A stretch of 64,000 bases of DNA from Andalucia godoyi And28. Taxonomy: Eukaryota > Protista > Jakobida. The translations under genes were made by a program, and so were the position numbers. This document shows positions 19,233 to 30,446 of the stretch, piece by piece. Below the pieces are notes generated by a model. The model had not been told where the DNA came from. It ran no database searches and was given only the letters and a program-made list of their open reading frames with translations. The number at the start of each line of letters is the position of its first letter. The stretch's first letter is position 1. The stretch spans positions 44,407 to 108,406 of the forward strand of contig VRVR01000004.1 of assembly GCA_009859145.1 (NCBI GenBank), given 5' to 3'.

Positions 19233-21515
19233 CTACTGCTTATCTGCAGAAGAAACCACGGACTGCCCAGTCTTCAGAGTCTGTTTGTAATACCCATTGT
19301 AATCCAGTCGTGTCGTGAGATGCGAGAGATGAGACTCGGAGGACGTGGAGTGAGAATGGGAACCGAGCGCATCGAGCAGATCCTTCAAATACAAATGAAA
19401 GTCATTTTCCATCTTTGCAATGGCGGCAGCGAATTGATCATCGTCCAACGACGCTCGGATGAATGCAGAGGACATGTCGATTCGATTAGAACGCTCGCGC
19501 GAAAAGATGTTCACCTTCTTGTCGCCCCTCGGCTTGTCATACAGTTGCTGTGTGGAAGCTGCAGTCTCGGCAAGGAGATCCTTGAAAAACGAATCCATGT
19601 TCTTCGAGAATGTAAGACATACCTTCAAAATCTTGGACAACCTGTTGATGAGGTGAATGTTGGTGAGCAGGCATGCTTTGAGGCATGTATCCAAAAAGTC
19701 ATTGTGGAACTTCATGACGTCATCCACGGTCTCGGCCTCCTTCGTGACCTTCACTGCCATGTCATGCCAAGTTGGTTCGAGAACCTCAACCATCATGTAG
19801 TACTCGTAGTTGTGCAGAAAATGAAGCATCCTCTGGCGAAGATTATACACACGCGCCAACAAATGATGCACTCGGAACTCCTTCAGCCCTTGTTGTTGCG
19901 CCCATGTGTTGGACAGCAGCCGCTCGACATGCTTGCAGTTGAACAAGTGTCGAAACAGCAGCTGGTACTTTGTCATTGCTCGCCTGTTGATCACAAGTGA
20001 GAGCGGCCACCGCACTCGATAGTCGAGAGCAAATGCTTCGAGACCCGTCAAGTTCATTGGGTTTGTCGGGGCAATCTTCGCAGCCTGAACACCTGGGCGT
20101 GCGGCCAAGAAGATCTTGGTGAGCTGATGAGCAAGCGGCTCCTTGAGAAGGACGCAGACCACATCTTCCTTGTACGGGTCGACATTTGCAATCGAGGTTC
20201 GAATGGAGAGCTCCAGCAACGACTCCAACTTGGTTCTGCTGAGGTCGGCCACGGATCTGGACAGATCATCTGATGCTGAATCCATAAAGTGAACAAACCA
20301 GTCGCCCTCGTCAAGCATAAAGTAGTGCTTGACAGACTGAAGCCTAGGAAGGAGAGACTCCTGGACCATAATGAGACCCAGCAACTGCTTGGACGCCCAG
20401 TGAAATGCTTGCTCAATTTTGGACACATACTGCTGCTCGTCCGAGGTATACTCAAGAATCGATGCATGCGGGCATTTGACCTGTTTTCCACACTCACGAA
20501 TGACATTCAGATACTTGCCTGTCGTGAGTATCTTGGATGCCACTGCATCAAGGAAATGGGGAAACGACGCCTCCCGAATCGCGTACCGCTCCGTCCAGTA
20601 TTCGTCCGAATAATCCTCCAGCAGTGACTGCTTTGTCAGAGTTTTGTTTTCAGCTACCAAGAACTCTCCGTATGGATCCTCGATCTCGCCCTGGTATATC
20701 CATGCTTCCAGCATTCTGAAAAACGGAATTGCCGTCTTTTGCATCAAGAAGAACAGCAGTGCCTTCGCAGCCGGATCTCCGGCAACCTTGAGCGACCACT
20801 TGTGCAGCAAATTTAGCAAAACCCCGCCAACTGCCTCCGTGTCATCGATCTCAGAAACAACTGCGGACAGCACCTTCATGGTTTGGATGGCAGGCTGCAC
20901 AAAGAACCACAATCTCTGCAACGTCAGCTTCTGATCTCGAAACTGCTGCTCAAGTTGCGTGCACAGCAGAGTGTAATCCGCAAGCAGTTCCTGTGTAGCA
21001 GCACTGAACGCCTGCAGAATCATGCCCTTCTCATACCCGCGCGACATCATTCGTCCAACAAACAGTCGAACATGCGCGTACTGATTGCACAGCGGAAGAA
21101 TCCGGTTCACAAGATCCACGAGCGATGCGTCTCCCGAGCCGTCCATCGCCAACAGGACCGCTTCTCCCCCCTCAACCCCGTGCAAATTGGAAGCTGTCGA
21201 ATGGATGAATCGGCCGTGGAAGCCCAAAAGCGCAAACAAGACATCCTCCAACACCAGAATCTCCTGAATGTGCAAAGGATACGAACTGAGTTTCGCTTGT
21301 GCGCCGTTGTTTAGTCTACTCTGAGGACCAGAAGATGCTTCAAGAAACGACCCAGTCAGATACGGACGCTCGGAAACCCAGTGTGGAACCGTAGGAAGCG
21401 AATTCACATCATCCAGGTCCGGCTGCGCAACGACAGGAACTCGAGAAGTCACTGACACAGCAGCGATCGCATCAATCACTCTTTGTGTCCCAGGAGAAAA
21501 CAGATGCGCCGACAT
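19233..21515 (-). CDS. TUBGCP2: Gamma-tubulin complex component 2 (Spc97)
   Basis: QEILVLEDVLFALLGFHG, WIYQGEIEDPYGEF, ILTTGKYLNVIRECG, SVKHYFMLDEGDWFVHFMD and YRVRWPLSLVI; ATG at 21515. Confidence 0.9.
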   Translation of the reverse strand: MSAHLFSPGTQRVIDAIAAVSVTSRVPVVAQPDLDDVNSLPTVPHWVSERPYLTGSFLEASSGPQSRLNNGAQAKLSSYPLHIQEILVLEDVLFALLGFHGRFIHSTASNLHGVEGGEAVLLAMDGSGDASLVDLVNRILPLCNQYAHVRLFVGRMMSRGYEKGMILQAFSAATQELLADYTLLCTQLEQQFRDQKLTLQRLWFFVQPAIQTMKVLSAVVSEIDDTEAVGGVLLNLLHKWSLKVAGDPAAKALLFFLMQKTAIPFFRMLEAWIYQGEIEDPYGEFLVAENKTLTKQSLLEDYSDEYWTERYAIREASFPHFLDAVASKILTTGKYLNVIRECGKQVKCPHASILEYTSDEQQYVSKIEQAFHWASKQLLGLIMVQESLLPRLQSVKHYFMLDEGDWFVHFMDSASDDLSRSVADLSRTKLESLLELSIRTSIANVDPYKEDVVCVLLKEPLAHQLTKIFLAARPGVQAAKIAPTNPMNLTGLEAFALDYRVRWPLSLVINRRAMTKYQLLFRHLFNCKHVERLLSNTWAQQQGLKEFRVHHLLARVYNLRQRMLHFLHNYEYYMMVEVLEPTWHDMAVKVTKEAETVDDVMKFHNDFLDTCLKACLLTNIHLINRLSKILKVCLTFSKNMDSFFKDLLAETAASTQQLYDKPRGDKKVNIFSRERSNRIDMSSAFIRASLDDDQFAAAIAKMENDFHLYLKDLLDALGSHSHSTSSESHLSHLTTRLDYNGYYKQTLKTGQSVVSSADKQ

Positions 21516-21937
21516 TTCAACAGCAACAACAGCAACAACAGCAACAACAAAGAAAGAAAGAAAGAGAGGGCCGAATAATTGGGAAAAAGGAAAAGATACA
21601 CCTGCTTGAATAAGAAGGGGGGAAACCCCCAACAAAATTAAGTAAACCAAAAACTAAACGAAACGGACGATGCATAGGAAGGCCGGGTGGCGGGATATTG
21701 GCATATGGTACGATGTGATGGCTATTGTGCTTCAGTCTCGATGCCAGTCTTGGAGGGGGGTGTTTTTTTTACAGTCCGTAGTAAGTCGTTAAAGACCGCT
21801 CGCCGAAACGATAGGCTTTCTCTGTGTTGGCAGCAAAATAAGCAGGCTTGTTTCTCGGTACTTTAAAGATTTCATTTTTTTCCCCCTTTCTTTTTTCTTT
21901 TGTGAAGCTCAAGAGTAGCAATAGTATATTAGAAAGA

Positions 21938-24132
21938 ATGAGCAGTTTCCGAACTCCGGTTTCTGCGAAGCGGTCTTCGTCAGCTCCACGGAGACCAGCC
22001 TCTCCTTCGTCTCCCACATCGACTCCATCAGGAGTATTCACGAAGCAGCCCGCAGTCTCATCTCCTGACCACCGGCGAGTCCACAACATGTTTGTTCATT
22101 TTCAAGTATGTTCTTGCCTCTCTCCCTGCTAAATGCATGCAAATGGATGTTTTTTTCATATTCTGTGTTTTTCGAGAATTCAGATACTTATATTGTTGCC
22201 TACGCTGTTGTTACTCCCACCACCACCACTGCTGTTGTTGGTGCTGCTGCTAATAATAATATGATGATGATGATGATGATGATGTAGAAGCAAAATTCTG
22301 GTCGACTTGATCCGAACATTCTTGTGCCACTGGAGCAAGAGTTTCTGAAGATCATGAAAGAGACTTTCGAAGAGAATCTGCGACTTCGGATGCGTGTTGC
22401 AGACGGATCTCCAAACCGAGTGAATCGTCAATTAACAGAAGACAACGAGTTTTTGCGCGAGAAGCTTAAGCAAACGGCGGATGCTGTGGAGCGCATGCGG
22501 ATTACAGAGCAGACCATGTATGCAGAGATGGAAGACATGGTTCGGTCCGAGTACCAGGGTCGCATAGATTCTCTCGAAAGGGAGGTTCATATTTTGGAAG
22601 ATCAGCTGGTGAACCAGTCCACCCCGATCGCGATTGGTTCCAAAAAGAAGGGACCCGCAGCCGCACCTTCCAAGTTCCCCACCGATGAAGAGCGACTTAT
22701 CCAGATTCTGCGAAAAGATCGCCAGTTGCTCAAGAAGCGAGAGACAGAATTGACCGAAGCACGGCAGCGATTGGCACAGGTTGCAGCGGAACTTGAATCG
22801 CAGAAGAGTCTTGCGTCTGATGAGCTTCAGAAGCGGCTTTCCTGCGAGTCTGAATTGGCTTGGATTCGTCAGAAGCACGAGGATGATCAACGCAAGTTGG
22901 TGCAGGAAATGCGAGATGCAGAGCGAGTTCGAAGATTGGAGACTGTCGCACATGACGAAAAGGTGCAAAAACTGGAAGCATTGGTGCAACGAATGCATCG
23001 CTCTCCGCCAAAGAATCTCCCGCCATATGTGAATTCCAACAATCTCACTGCAGATTCGTCGGCACAAGTCGCAAAGCTGAAAGTCGTAATGACGCGATTG
23101 GTGCAGCAGGTCCAACGCAAGAACGAGGATATTGCAAAACTGAAAAACGCAGTCAAGTTTTTGCATTCGGAAAGTCAAAAATTAAGAGAACTTGTAGAAC
23201 TTTTGGAGGACTCACAGCACGACTATCCGCCTCCTCGACAGCATGATGTCATGCAAGGTGACAAGTCGGATGCTCGGGAAGAATACCCAGAATCGTACTC
23301 GCGAGTGAACACGTCACAGAATGAGTTGGCATCGTACTCCCCCGGGTCCTCCTCCTCGCCTTCAGCATCCCAATCGTTCGTGCGTGAAGAATCCTCCATC
23401 TACACTGTGTCTGCACAGTCTCCTCCAAAGCAGCAACAGCAACAGCAACAGCAACACCGCGGCGTCTCTGCACATCTGTCATCTCCAGAAACCCATGCCA
23501 CCATTCACTCTGCAACTTCCATTTCTAACAACAACAATGGCAACAACACCGGTTCTCAGACAGTCCGTTCCGCAAACTATAACGAACTGACCTCTGCGAG
23601 CCCGGCGAAATCCGCTTTATCTGATTCTTCTCGCGGAAACTCTCCAGGAAAGTCATCCGTCTACCCCGCATCCGAAGACCAGCTGCTGAATGAACTGGAG
23701 TCGTCGCTTGAAGATGAAGAAGTTCGACGGCTGCTGTTGGATGGCGGCGAGCCTCCTGCCCATTCTTTGAACACGACTCCGCCGCGATCCGCATCCAATG
23801 CATCGCTTCAAACCACATCTCACCTCACTGCTCAAACTGTCAGTTCTCCGGCAACATCGTCCCCGTATGTTCACCCTCCTCCTCCTGTTGCTTCTGGTGC
23901 CGGTGCCGGTGCCGGTGCCGGGAGGCAGAGTCAGCATGTTGCAGCGCTGGTCGAAGACCGAGACTCAGCCGCCAGTGCAGACCACCATGATGATGTGATT
24001 GCATTGTCAAACACCAACCTTGAAATCGTCGTTGTCGATGGAAAAGTAATGGTGCGGACTCCTTCTGGAAAGGTCTCTTCCATGCAGGATTACATGCATG
24101 CTTCCTCACCCGCACACAAACGCAAATCGTGA
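21938..24132 (+). CDS. Uncharacterised coiled-coil protein with Ser/Gln-rich disordered tail; 2 exons
   Basis: Exon 1 is 21938-22105 (GTATGT donor) and exon 2 is 22288-24132, in frame; long heptad region in the N-terminal half. Confidence 0.7.
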
Positions 24133-24136
24133 CGTA

Positions 24137-24483
24137 CGCCTGCATTGCACACTGAGTATGCATGACCATCGCTAGTCATGTCGTAATCAAATGTTGCAAC
24201 CTAGGCCATGCCGCCATGGACGGGAAGAGGAGTAGGGCCCAACACGCCTTGCCGGCGTTCTTCAAATAAATGTTGTTGCGCGCGCCATTCCAATCGCGAT
24301 CAATCCGGTATGCACACTGCGGACATGCAAGAACCTTGTTTCCTCCGAGCTTCGCATGGATTGCTGCAAGCTTGCGATGCATGTCTGCCGTCAGGTTGCG
24401 GATCTGCTGATGTATCTGCAATCACCCACCTCTTCGCAAGTGGGGCTTGGTTCTCATCCCGCACGACGCGAGGTTGCGGAACG
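24137..24483 (-). mobile_element. IS607/Fanzor2-derived element, copy 4 (left end unresolved)
   Basis: Minus strand encodes LQIHQQIRNLTADMHRKLAA / HAKLGGNKVLACPQCAYRIDRDWNGARNNIYLKNA. The right end GTGTGCAATGCAGGCG ends at 24137. The left boundary is tentative (CCG|TTCCG at 24484-24482). Confidence 0.8.
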
Positions 24484-24711
24484 GACGCTCCCCTGCGGTG
24501 TGGCAGGGGGTCACGTACATTGGCATTCCGTGGAAAAAGAAGAAGAAAAACAAAGGAGGTTGCTGCTTTTAAGAGTGTCCCAGAAAAAAAATTAGTGTCA
24601 GAACAATTTGGCTAAGCGAACAAACCCGGATTCTCCTCTTCGTTTGCTTCTTGTTGTTGTTTGTTTACGTCCGTTCATGCATGTTACTTCGTTGTCACCT
24701 TTGTGAGGAAA

Positions 24712-24911
24712 CGCCTACATTGTACACTAACCACGGATCATCATCGCTGATCACCCATAATCAATGTTGCAACCCAACAACATGGGCGAAACGGATCGGG
24801 CATCGTGTGACGGAGCTGTCAAGATAACAAACGCATGCGCATGGCGCGTGGCAGTGTGTTTGCTTACATGCGCTGTAGATTGCTTCATCATATTGCAATA
24901 AATGGCAGCCG
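24712..24911 (-). mobile_element. Minimal 200-bp non-autonomous element, copy 5 (left-end type B)
   Basis: Reverse complement aligns with 34506-34630 (ATTGC-ATATGATGAAGCAATCTA...CACTGCCACGCGCCATGCGCATGCGT...CTCCGTCACACGATGCCC). It then jumps to the last ~70 nt of the right end (...GTGTACAATGTAGGCG). Confidence 0.85.
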
Positions 24912-25214
24912 TCCTTCTCGATTGGGAAAAACATCGAGAATCAGGAAATTACCGTCTAGCAGGAGGGGGTTGAGGATCTCGATGATACACACACATATAT
25001 ATAATTATTAAATTAATGTTTTTTCGTCGTGGCGGTGGTGGCGGTTTTCCCCAAAGAAGAAGCAGGACAGAAAGAGGAAACCAGTTTGCTGTGATTTTCC
25101 CGTCCTTCGTTTGATCTGCGTGTTATTTTTATTATTACTTTTTTTACAATTCATAGTTGAATAATACAAGGGATCGGGGCTCGTGTGTGTGTCTCTGGCA
25201 AGAAGGAGAGGAAT

Positions 25215-25919
25215 ATGGCGTGTGCATCATGGGAAGATGTGCGAATCAAGTACACTCCACATGCCAACCACCATCTGGATCTGATCGAGAAGTATGCGGA
25301 AGAAGTGAATGAGTGGCATCCATTGTCGGAGGAACGGGGAATTTCCGTGTCGAAACGCAAGGTGGACGGATGGCCAGTCCACTGCGTGCGTGGTTCGTTG
25401 ACGATTCAGGCACCGTTGCAGCATGTCTACGACATTGTGACGCATGCAGACACTCGGTCGGTGTGGGACGAAAACTGTGTCGAAGGTAAAACCGTGCATT
25501 CATTTTCTGGAGTTGACGTTCGAGTCGATTACATTGCAACGCGACAGGTGGCCGTTGTGTCCAGTCGAGATATGGCGTTTTGCTTTGCTTGGAGAAAACA
25601 CGAGAATGGACATCCAGCATCGGGAAGGCGCAGATATGTCACGACCAGCTGGTCTGTGGAGCACGGAGACACCTTGTTTGACCCGGTACTCAGCCTCCGC
25701 AGTGGACGCGTCCGGGGGCACGTGTATCTCGGGGGTCTCATGATGGAGGAAACGGACGATGGACACACTGCGGTTTCCATGGTCGCGTGTGCAGATCCGA
25801 AAGGCTGGCTCCCACATGCCGTTGTGAATGTCGCGGCTGCAAAAGGCGTCATGTGCCTCGACTCGATTCGAACGTATGCTATGCAGACGCTCAACAAGAA
25901 GAAGCACACCTCCAGTTAA
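25215..25919 (+). CDS. START (StAR-related lipid transfer) domain protein
   Basis: W..L.E.RGISVSKR, RSVWDENC, VSSRDMAFCFAW and ADPKGWLPHAVVN motifs. Confidence 0.85.
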   Translation: MACASWEDVRIKYTPHANHHLDLIEKYAEEVNEWHPLSEERGISVSKRKVDGWPVHCVRGSLTIQAPLQHVYDIVTHADTRSVWDENCVEGKTVHSFSGVDVRVDYIATRQVAVVSSRDMAFCFAWRKHENGHPASGRRRYVTTSWSVEHGDTLFDPVLSLRSGRVRGHVYLGGLMMEETDDGHTAVSMVACADPKGWLPHAVVNVAAAKGVMCLDSIRTYAMQTLNKKKHTSS

Positions 25920-26242
25920 GGATACACACCGACTTGTAATGGCTGTCTTCAGCTGTTGTGGTTGTTGTCAACGAACAGCGCATCACATGCTCGTCCTTTT
26001 ATTGTTACGACTCCAAAGAACACGAAAAAGAATTTTTTTTTGGTTTGCTCGTTCGTGAGGAGAAAAAAAACAGGAAATGACTGTTCTCTATAATCTCGTC
26101 TTCTCATTCTCCCGTCTATTTTAAAAAGAAAAACACATTGGAAACCAAATACAACACACACGACAGCCGACCAAACACCAAATGCATCGAAAGAAACGTT
26201 CGTGAAAGGCAGGCCTGCTCTTCTTGTGTTTCAGTGGCGCGC

Positions 26243-27427
26243 TTATGACGACTCGGTGTAGGAGCGCTTGAGGGGTCCCAAGAAGCGTCCCTTCTCCTCG
26301 AACGACTGGAAGCGTCCGTGACCGAACTTCGACGAGGTGTCGATGAAGCGGAGCTGGACCTTCTCGAGTGCGGTACGGGAAGTTGCCGGGGCAAGTGCCT
26401 TACGGAGGGTGATCACACGCTTGCGGGGGCCAGCGATGCATCCCTTAACCATGACGAAGTCCTCGTCGACTTGTCCGTAGTGGACAAAGCCGCCCATAGG
26501 AGTGATCGGCTTCTTGGTAAGATCGAACTCGGTCGAACCAGCGGCCTTTCCGGCCTCAGTGGCGGTGGAGGCACCAATGCGGTAGATCTTCTTGTTCATC
26601 TCGGTACGGTGGTGGTATCCGTTCTGACCAGCACGGGGAACGGTCCAGGACACACGGGCAGGGTGCCATGCTCCAATGCAAGCAACCTTACGAAGACCAC
26701 GATGCGTCTTACGCGGAAGCTTCTTGGTGCCCCAGCGGTGGGTAACACCTTCGAAACCATGACCCTTGGTGACGGCAATGACGTCGACCAACTCGTTCTC
26801 GGCGAAAACAGTGGCAACCGGGACGTCCTTCTCAAACAGCTTCACGGCGAAGTCAACCTTGTCGGAGACAGATCCTCCGTTAATCTGGATCTCAACCAAG
26901 TGTGCCTTCTTCTGGCGGAGTCCAACCTTGCGGATCTGGGTGTGTGCAAGGATACGGACAACCTGGCAGTAGCGCTTGATGCGGGCAAGGTCAGACTCGA
27001 TCTCGGACTTGCCTTCCCACTTGGCTGCATAGCGAGTGAACGCCTTCTTCTTGGACTGGAACCAAGACCGGTAGAAACGACGCTTCAGATCGTCAGAAAG
27101 GTGCTGTGCCCACACAGTGGTCAAGGTACGGAGACCACGAGGAGTCTCAACGTATCCAACAACTCCGACAACGATCAGAGGAGGAGTCTCGATGATGGTG
27201 ACGGCCTCCACAACCTCACGCTTGTGGATCTTCGAGCCAGGCTTCTCAACCTCACGGACAATGTGGGTCATTCCGGCCTTGTAGCCGACAAAGGCAGTCA
27301 AATGGCACGGCTGCTTCTGGTCGTCCTTGGGGAACGACTTCACCTTGCCGCGGTTGCGGGCGGCGCGCTTGCGGGGAAGGAATCCCAGAGAGCCATGGCG
27401 GGGGCGTTCAAACTTACGGTGAGACAT
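26243..27427 (-). CDS. RPL3: 60S ribosomal protein L3
   Basis: [22 protein letters not shown]...[17 protein letters not shown]...[12 protein letters not shown]; strong codon bias. Confidence 0.98.
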   Translation of the reverse strand: MSHRKFERPRHGSLGFLPRKRAARNRGKVKSFPKDDQKQPCHLTAFVGYKAGMTHIVREVEKPGSKIHKREVVEAVTIIETPPLIVVGVVGYVETPRGLRTLTTVWAQHLSDDLKRRFYRSWFQSKKKAFTRYAAKWEGKSEIESDLARIKRYCQVVRILAHTQIRKVGLRQKKAHLVEIQINGGSVSDKVDFAVKLFEKDVPVATVFAENELVDVIAVTKGHGFEGVTHRWGTKKLPRKTHRGLRKVACIGAWHPARVSWTVPRAGQNGYHHRTEMNKKIYRIGASTATEAGKAAGSTEFDLTKKPITPMGGFVHYGQVDEDFVMVKGCIAGPRKRVITLRKALAPATSRTALEKVQLRFIDTSSKFGHGRFQSFEEKGRFLGPLKRSYTESS

Positions 27428-27946
27428 TGCCAACGAAGAGGGTGAGTTCGGAAAATCGGAACACTGGGGGAGCAAAAAGGAGAAAAGAAAAAAAAGAAGG
27501 AAAAAAAACGAAAAACGAAAAATAGAAAGGAGGCGAGTGCAACGCAAAGGGTGTGGCTAATCGAGATTTTCCTTCAGTGCATGGGCGATTTACTAGGTCT
27601 TTGTTTTTGTTATGCTTTGCAAGGGCCTCGTTCGCCCGCACGCAAAAGGAAAAAAAAAGGGACCTGATGCCTAGGGTTTAGGGTTTGCATCGCCGGACTT
27701 TCCAGGATTTTTCTTTCTCTTGCTCCTCCTAATGAAGAGTCGATTACGGCCCCGCCTCCTAGCGGGCAATTTTTGTCGGGGAATGGCCCGACCATCCCGC
27801 AAGTTCGGAGTTGAATCGCAAACCAAACAGAAACAGATAAGATTTCAATGATAATAATAAAAGAATCACAAGAATAACAAGAGTAAGAATAGGAATAGGA
27901 ATAGGAATAAGAAGTTAAGAAACCGAGCCTTAAAGAGGAGGCAGCC

Positions 27947-29227
27947 ATGAGGAACTTGGCAATCACAGACCTTCCATTTGATGCAACGTCTAGAATATTG
28001 AGGTTTCTGGACATTCAATCTCTTGGTTGGGTCACTGTGACAAGCGAGTACTTCCTTTTCCACTCATCGGCTGCGCAGCTGGAATGGGACGTCTGGAATG
28101 ACGCTGTCTGGTCATGGCGACGCATCCAAAACTTTACAACGGAACACTACAGGGTTTTGAGATCCAAGCTCCCGATGAAAAAGACACCATCCTCTTCATC
28201 CGGCGGTCCAGTTACAGCAGAGTGGATGGCTGTTTTCGAGGCCCATGCGCAGCTGTTTGAATCGTTTCCGAAGTTGTCTTATGCATCGAGTCCTCGTGTG
28301 CGGCTGACGGAAGCTGGAGGAGGATCGGCAGAGTTTGTAAGATACGTGCAGGAACATGCAGAGGATATGGACTGCTACGGAAGACTCCGTCGAGCATGGG
28401 ATGTCTTGGAGCCTCTGTTGGGTTCCTATTCGCGAAACCGGCTTGCAGACGCGGTTTCAGAAGATCTGCTGGGACGCTTCGAAGAGGACCTTCCACATGA
28501 TTTGGTGTGCTCTTTACGCATGTGTCGAGGACAGACACGTGCGCTTCCGGAAATTCCGGGCATTGTGGTCGAGGAAGAAGCAGGCGGCAACGCATTGCTC
28601 ACGCTCTTCAACCCGTTTCCGTACCAAAAGCTGCATTTGTCTCGGAGAGATTCGGTGTTCTACATGGGCGTGCTGGTTGGGAGTACTCCTGTTTTCTATG
28701 ATGCGGTGTCTGGTAAAATAGGATACTCGCGGGTTCAACTCCATTTGCCGTCGTATTTGTTCTTTGTCGAACACAATGCGGCGTGTTTGGTGCGCAGAGG
28801 TGACGGCTGGGACTCGCATGTACATGGTTCGACAACGTGGTCGCTTGACGGCACTTTGCGGATCACGGTGTTCACCAGGTTCATAGGGCTTCGAGAATCG
28901 GAGTTCATGTGGACGTACAGAATCTGCATCCACCGAGCCCCCGATGCCCCTTCAACAATTCAGCTGGTGTCGCGATCGTGGACGATTCATTTTGTGGACA
29001 GGGGCAATGAGTACGTGCAAGGCCCGGGGGTCGTTGGGTTTACGCCCGTGCTTGAACCAGGTGCGTCGTTCGAATATTCCAGTTTTGTGACAGCTGCGCT
29101 GCCCAGCGTTGCGATGAGCGGATACTTTGTCTTTACCGATCTCCGGTCGCACGAGGAAGTCCGAGGAAACATTGATCCTTACTTCATGTCTATTGATGGC
29201 GAATCCGTTGTGTTTCCTCTCAAATAA
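27947..29227 (+). CDS. F-box protein with C-terminal ApaG domain (FBXO3/SKIP16-like)
   Basis: N-terminal ITDLPFDATSRILRFLD (F-box-like); C-terminal WTYRICI...QLVSRSWTI...VQGPGVVGFTPVLEPGASFEYSS (ApaG). Confidence 0.8.
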   Translation: MRNLAITDLPFDATSRILRFLDIQSLGWVTVTSEYFLFHSSAAQLEWDVWNDAVWSWRRIQNFTTEHYRVLRSKLPMKKTPSSSSGGPVTAEWMAVFEAHAQLFESFPKLSYASSPRVRLTEAGGGSAEFVRYVQEHAEDMDCYGRLRRAWDVLEPLLGSYSRNRLADAVSEDLLGRFEEDLPHDLVCSLRMCRGQTRALPEIPGIVVEEEAGGNALLTLFNPFPYQKLHLSRRDSVFYMGVLVGSTPVFYDAVSGKIGYSRVQLHLPSYLFFVEHNAACLVRRGDGWDSHVHGSTTWSLDGTLRITVFTRFIGLRESEFMWTYRICIHRAPDAPSTIQLVSRSWTIHFVDRGNEYVQGPGVVGFTPVLEPGASFEYSSFVTAALPSVAMSGYFVFTDLRSHEEVRGNIDPYFMSIDGESVVFPLK

Positions 29228-29714
29228 CCATTGGTTTTGTACAGCACACGTAAAAAACTATAAAAATACTTTGTAATAATAAAAACAAGTACTGCAAAAA
29301 GAAGAGAATACCAACCGACTGCGACATCTTGTGGATGATCTGCATCGGAAAAAATTGCAAAGCGAAGGTGTGGAAATTATCGTCATTATCTTCTTCTTGC
29401 CGAATTCGACGTGAAAAAGGAATGGCTTCGTGCGATGTATACGTGGAGCCATGGACGTTTTCGCCAGCATCTGATAACCAAAAGCTGCTGAATACGAAGA
29501 TGTCGTAGTTCACAACGAAGTACATGAAGAGTACATACACTGTGGAGTTCGAAATGAATCGTGATTGGCTCGGTTCTCGAAACATAGGTTTGAAGCATTG
29601 TTCGATCATATTGATTAAGCGAAGTGCGTGGTGGCTGCCTTGGCGAAGGCGACCGGTAGTGTTAAAACACCATTGTATACTTGAGTAATAAGAAAGAAAA
29701 GGACAGACTAGGCT

Positions 29715-30128
29715 TTACCTCCTGTTCTCGTTGTACCCTCTTCCTTGGCCAGAAGCCTGGTGCGGTCTTCTTGACGAGCTCTGCATGCCTTCCTTCACAG
29801 TTGCTTTAAGCTTTGTAGCATCGATTGCATATCCTACGCCTTTGCCCTTCACGGGTTTTTCAGTCTCGGCACGGTTCAGCATGGGCGAATTCCGTAGAAC
29901 ATCTGGGACAATAACGTAGCGCACTTTCGATCCGCGTAAGAACACCTGCTCCAGATGAGACGCCCGCCCATCGCGACCAGTATATGTGACGTTGTGCAAA
30001 TGAACATTCATGGAGTCTTCAGCATCCGACAGCAGTCCGCGATACACTTCACCCGTAATCAACTCCACCGTCACTACATGTCCCGTAGCCTCGTGAAGCA
30101 ACTTGATAGGTACTCCAATCGCACTCAT
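29715..30128 (-). CDS. SNRPD3: Small nuclear ribonucleoprotein Sm D3
   Basis: [35 protein letters not shown]...[17 protein letters not shown]. Confidence 0.95.
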   Translation of the reverse strand: MSAIGVPIKLLHEATGHVVTVELITGEVYRGLLSDAEDSMNVHLHNVTYTGRDGRASHLEQVFLRGSKVRYVIVPDVLRNSPMLNRAETEKPVKGKGVGYAIDATKLKATVKEGMQSSSRRPHQASGQGRGYNENRR

Positions 30129-30446
30129 TCGACACCTGTACTCTGCCACAGAAAAAAGAAAACGAAGAAGAAAAAACAATAATAATAATAATAATAAAAA
30201 CCTTTCTTCAATCTGAGGGGGGGCAAAAGAAGATAGCCTTCTGTTTCGCGTGTTTTTTTCACTCTTCCAAACTGAACAGCAAGAGAGAGAAAGAAGTGAG
30301 AAGTGAGAAGTGAGGGAACGAAACAACAAGAGAATCTGTGCAGTCTGCACGACTGGAAAAATGAAGGATGCTGCATAGTCGATAAGCGCCGACAAGAAAG
30401 AGTGGAAAATACGAGAGAGAAAATGTGCGTTTTTTCAATTATTTAA

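Noticed and set aside
21670-21770. Possible C/D snoRNA or Pol III gene (TTGGCAT/ATGCCAG stem, ends in T8)
   Set aside because: No canonical RUGAUGA/CUGA boxes and no A/B boxes; it lies in the GCP2 divergent promoter.
26318-27445. 375-aa ORF on the + strand
   Set aside because: Antisense shadow of the strongly codon-biased RPL3 gene.
29220-29609. 129-aa hydrophobic minus-strand ORF between the F-box gene and SmD3
   Set aside because: No recognisable motif; it overlaps the F-box stop, and its Phe/Leu richness is explained by T-rich UTR sequence.
30074-30082. TACATGTCC match to the start of the copy-3 flank (putative guide) inside SmD3
   Set aside because: Only 9 nt and not preceded by CCG; expected by chance.
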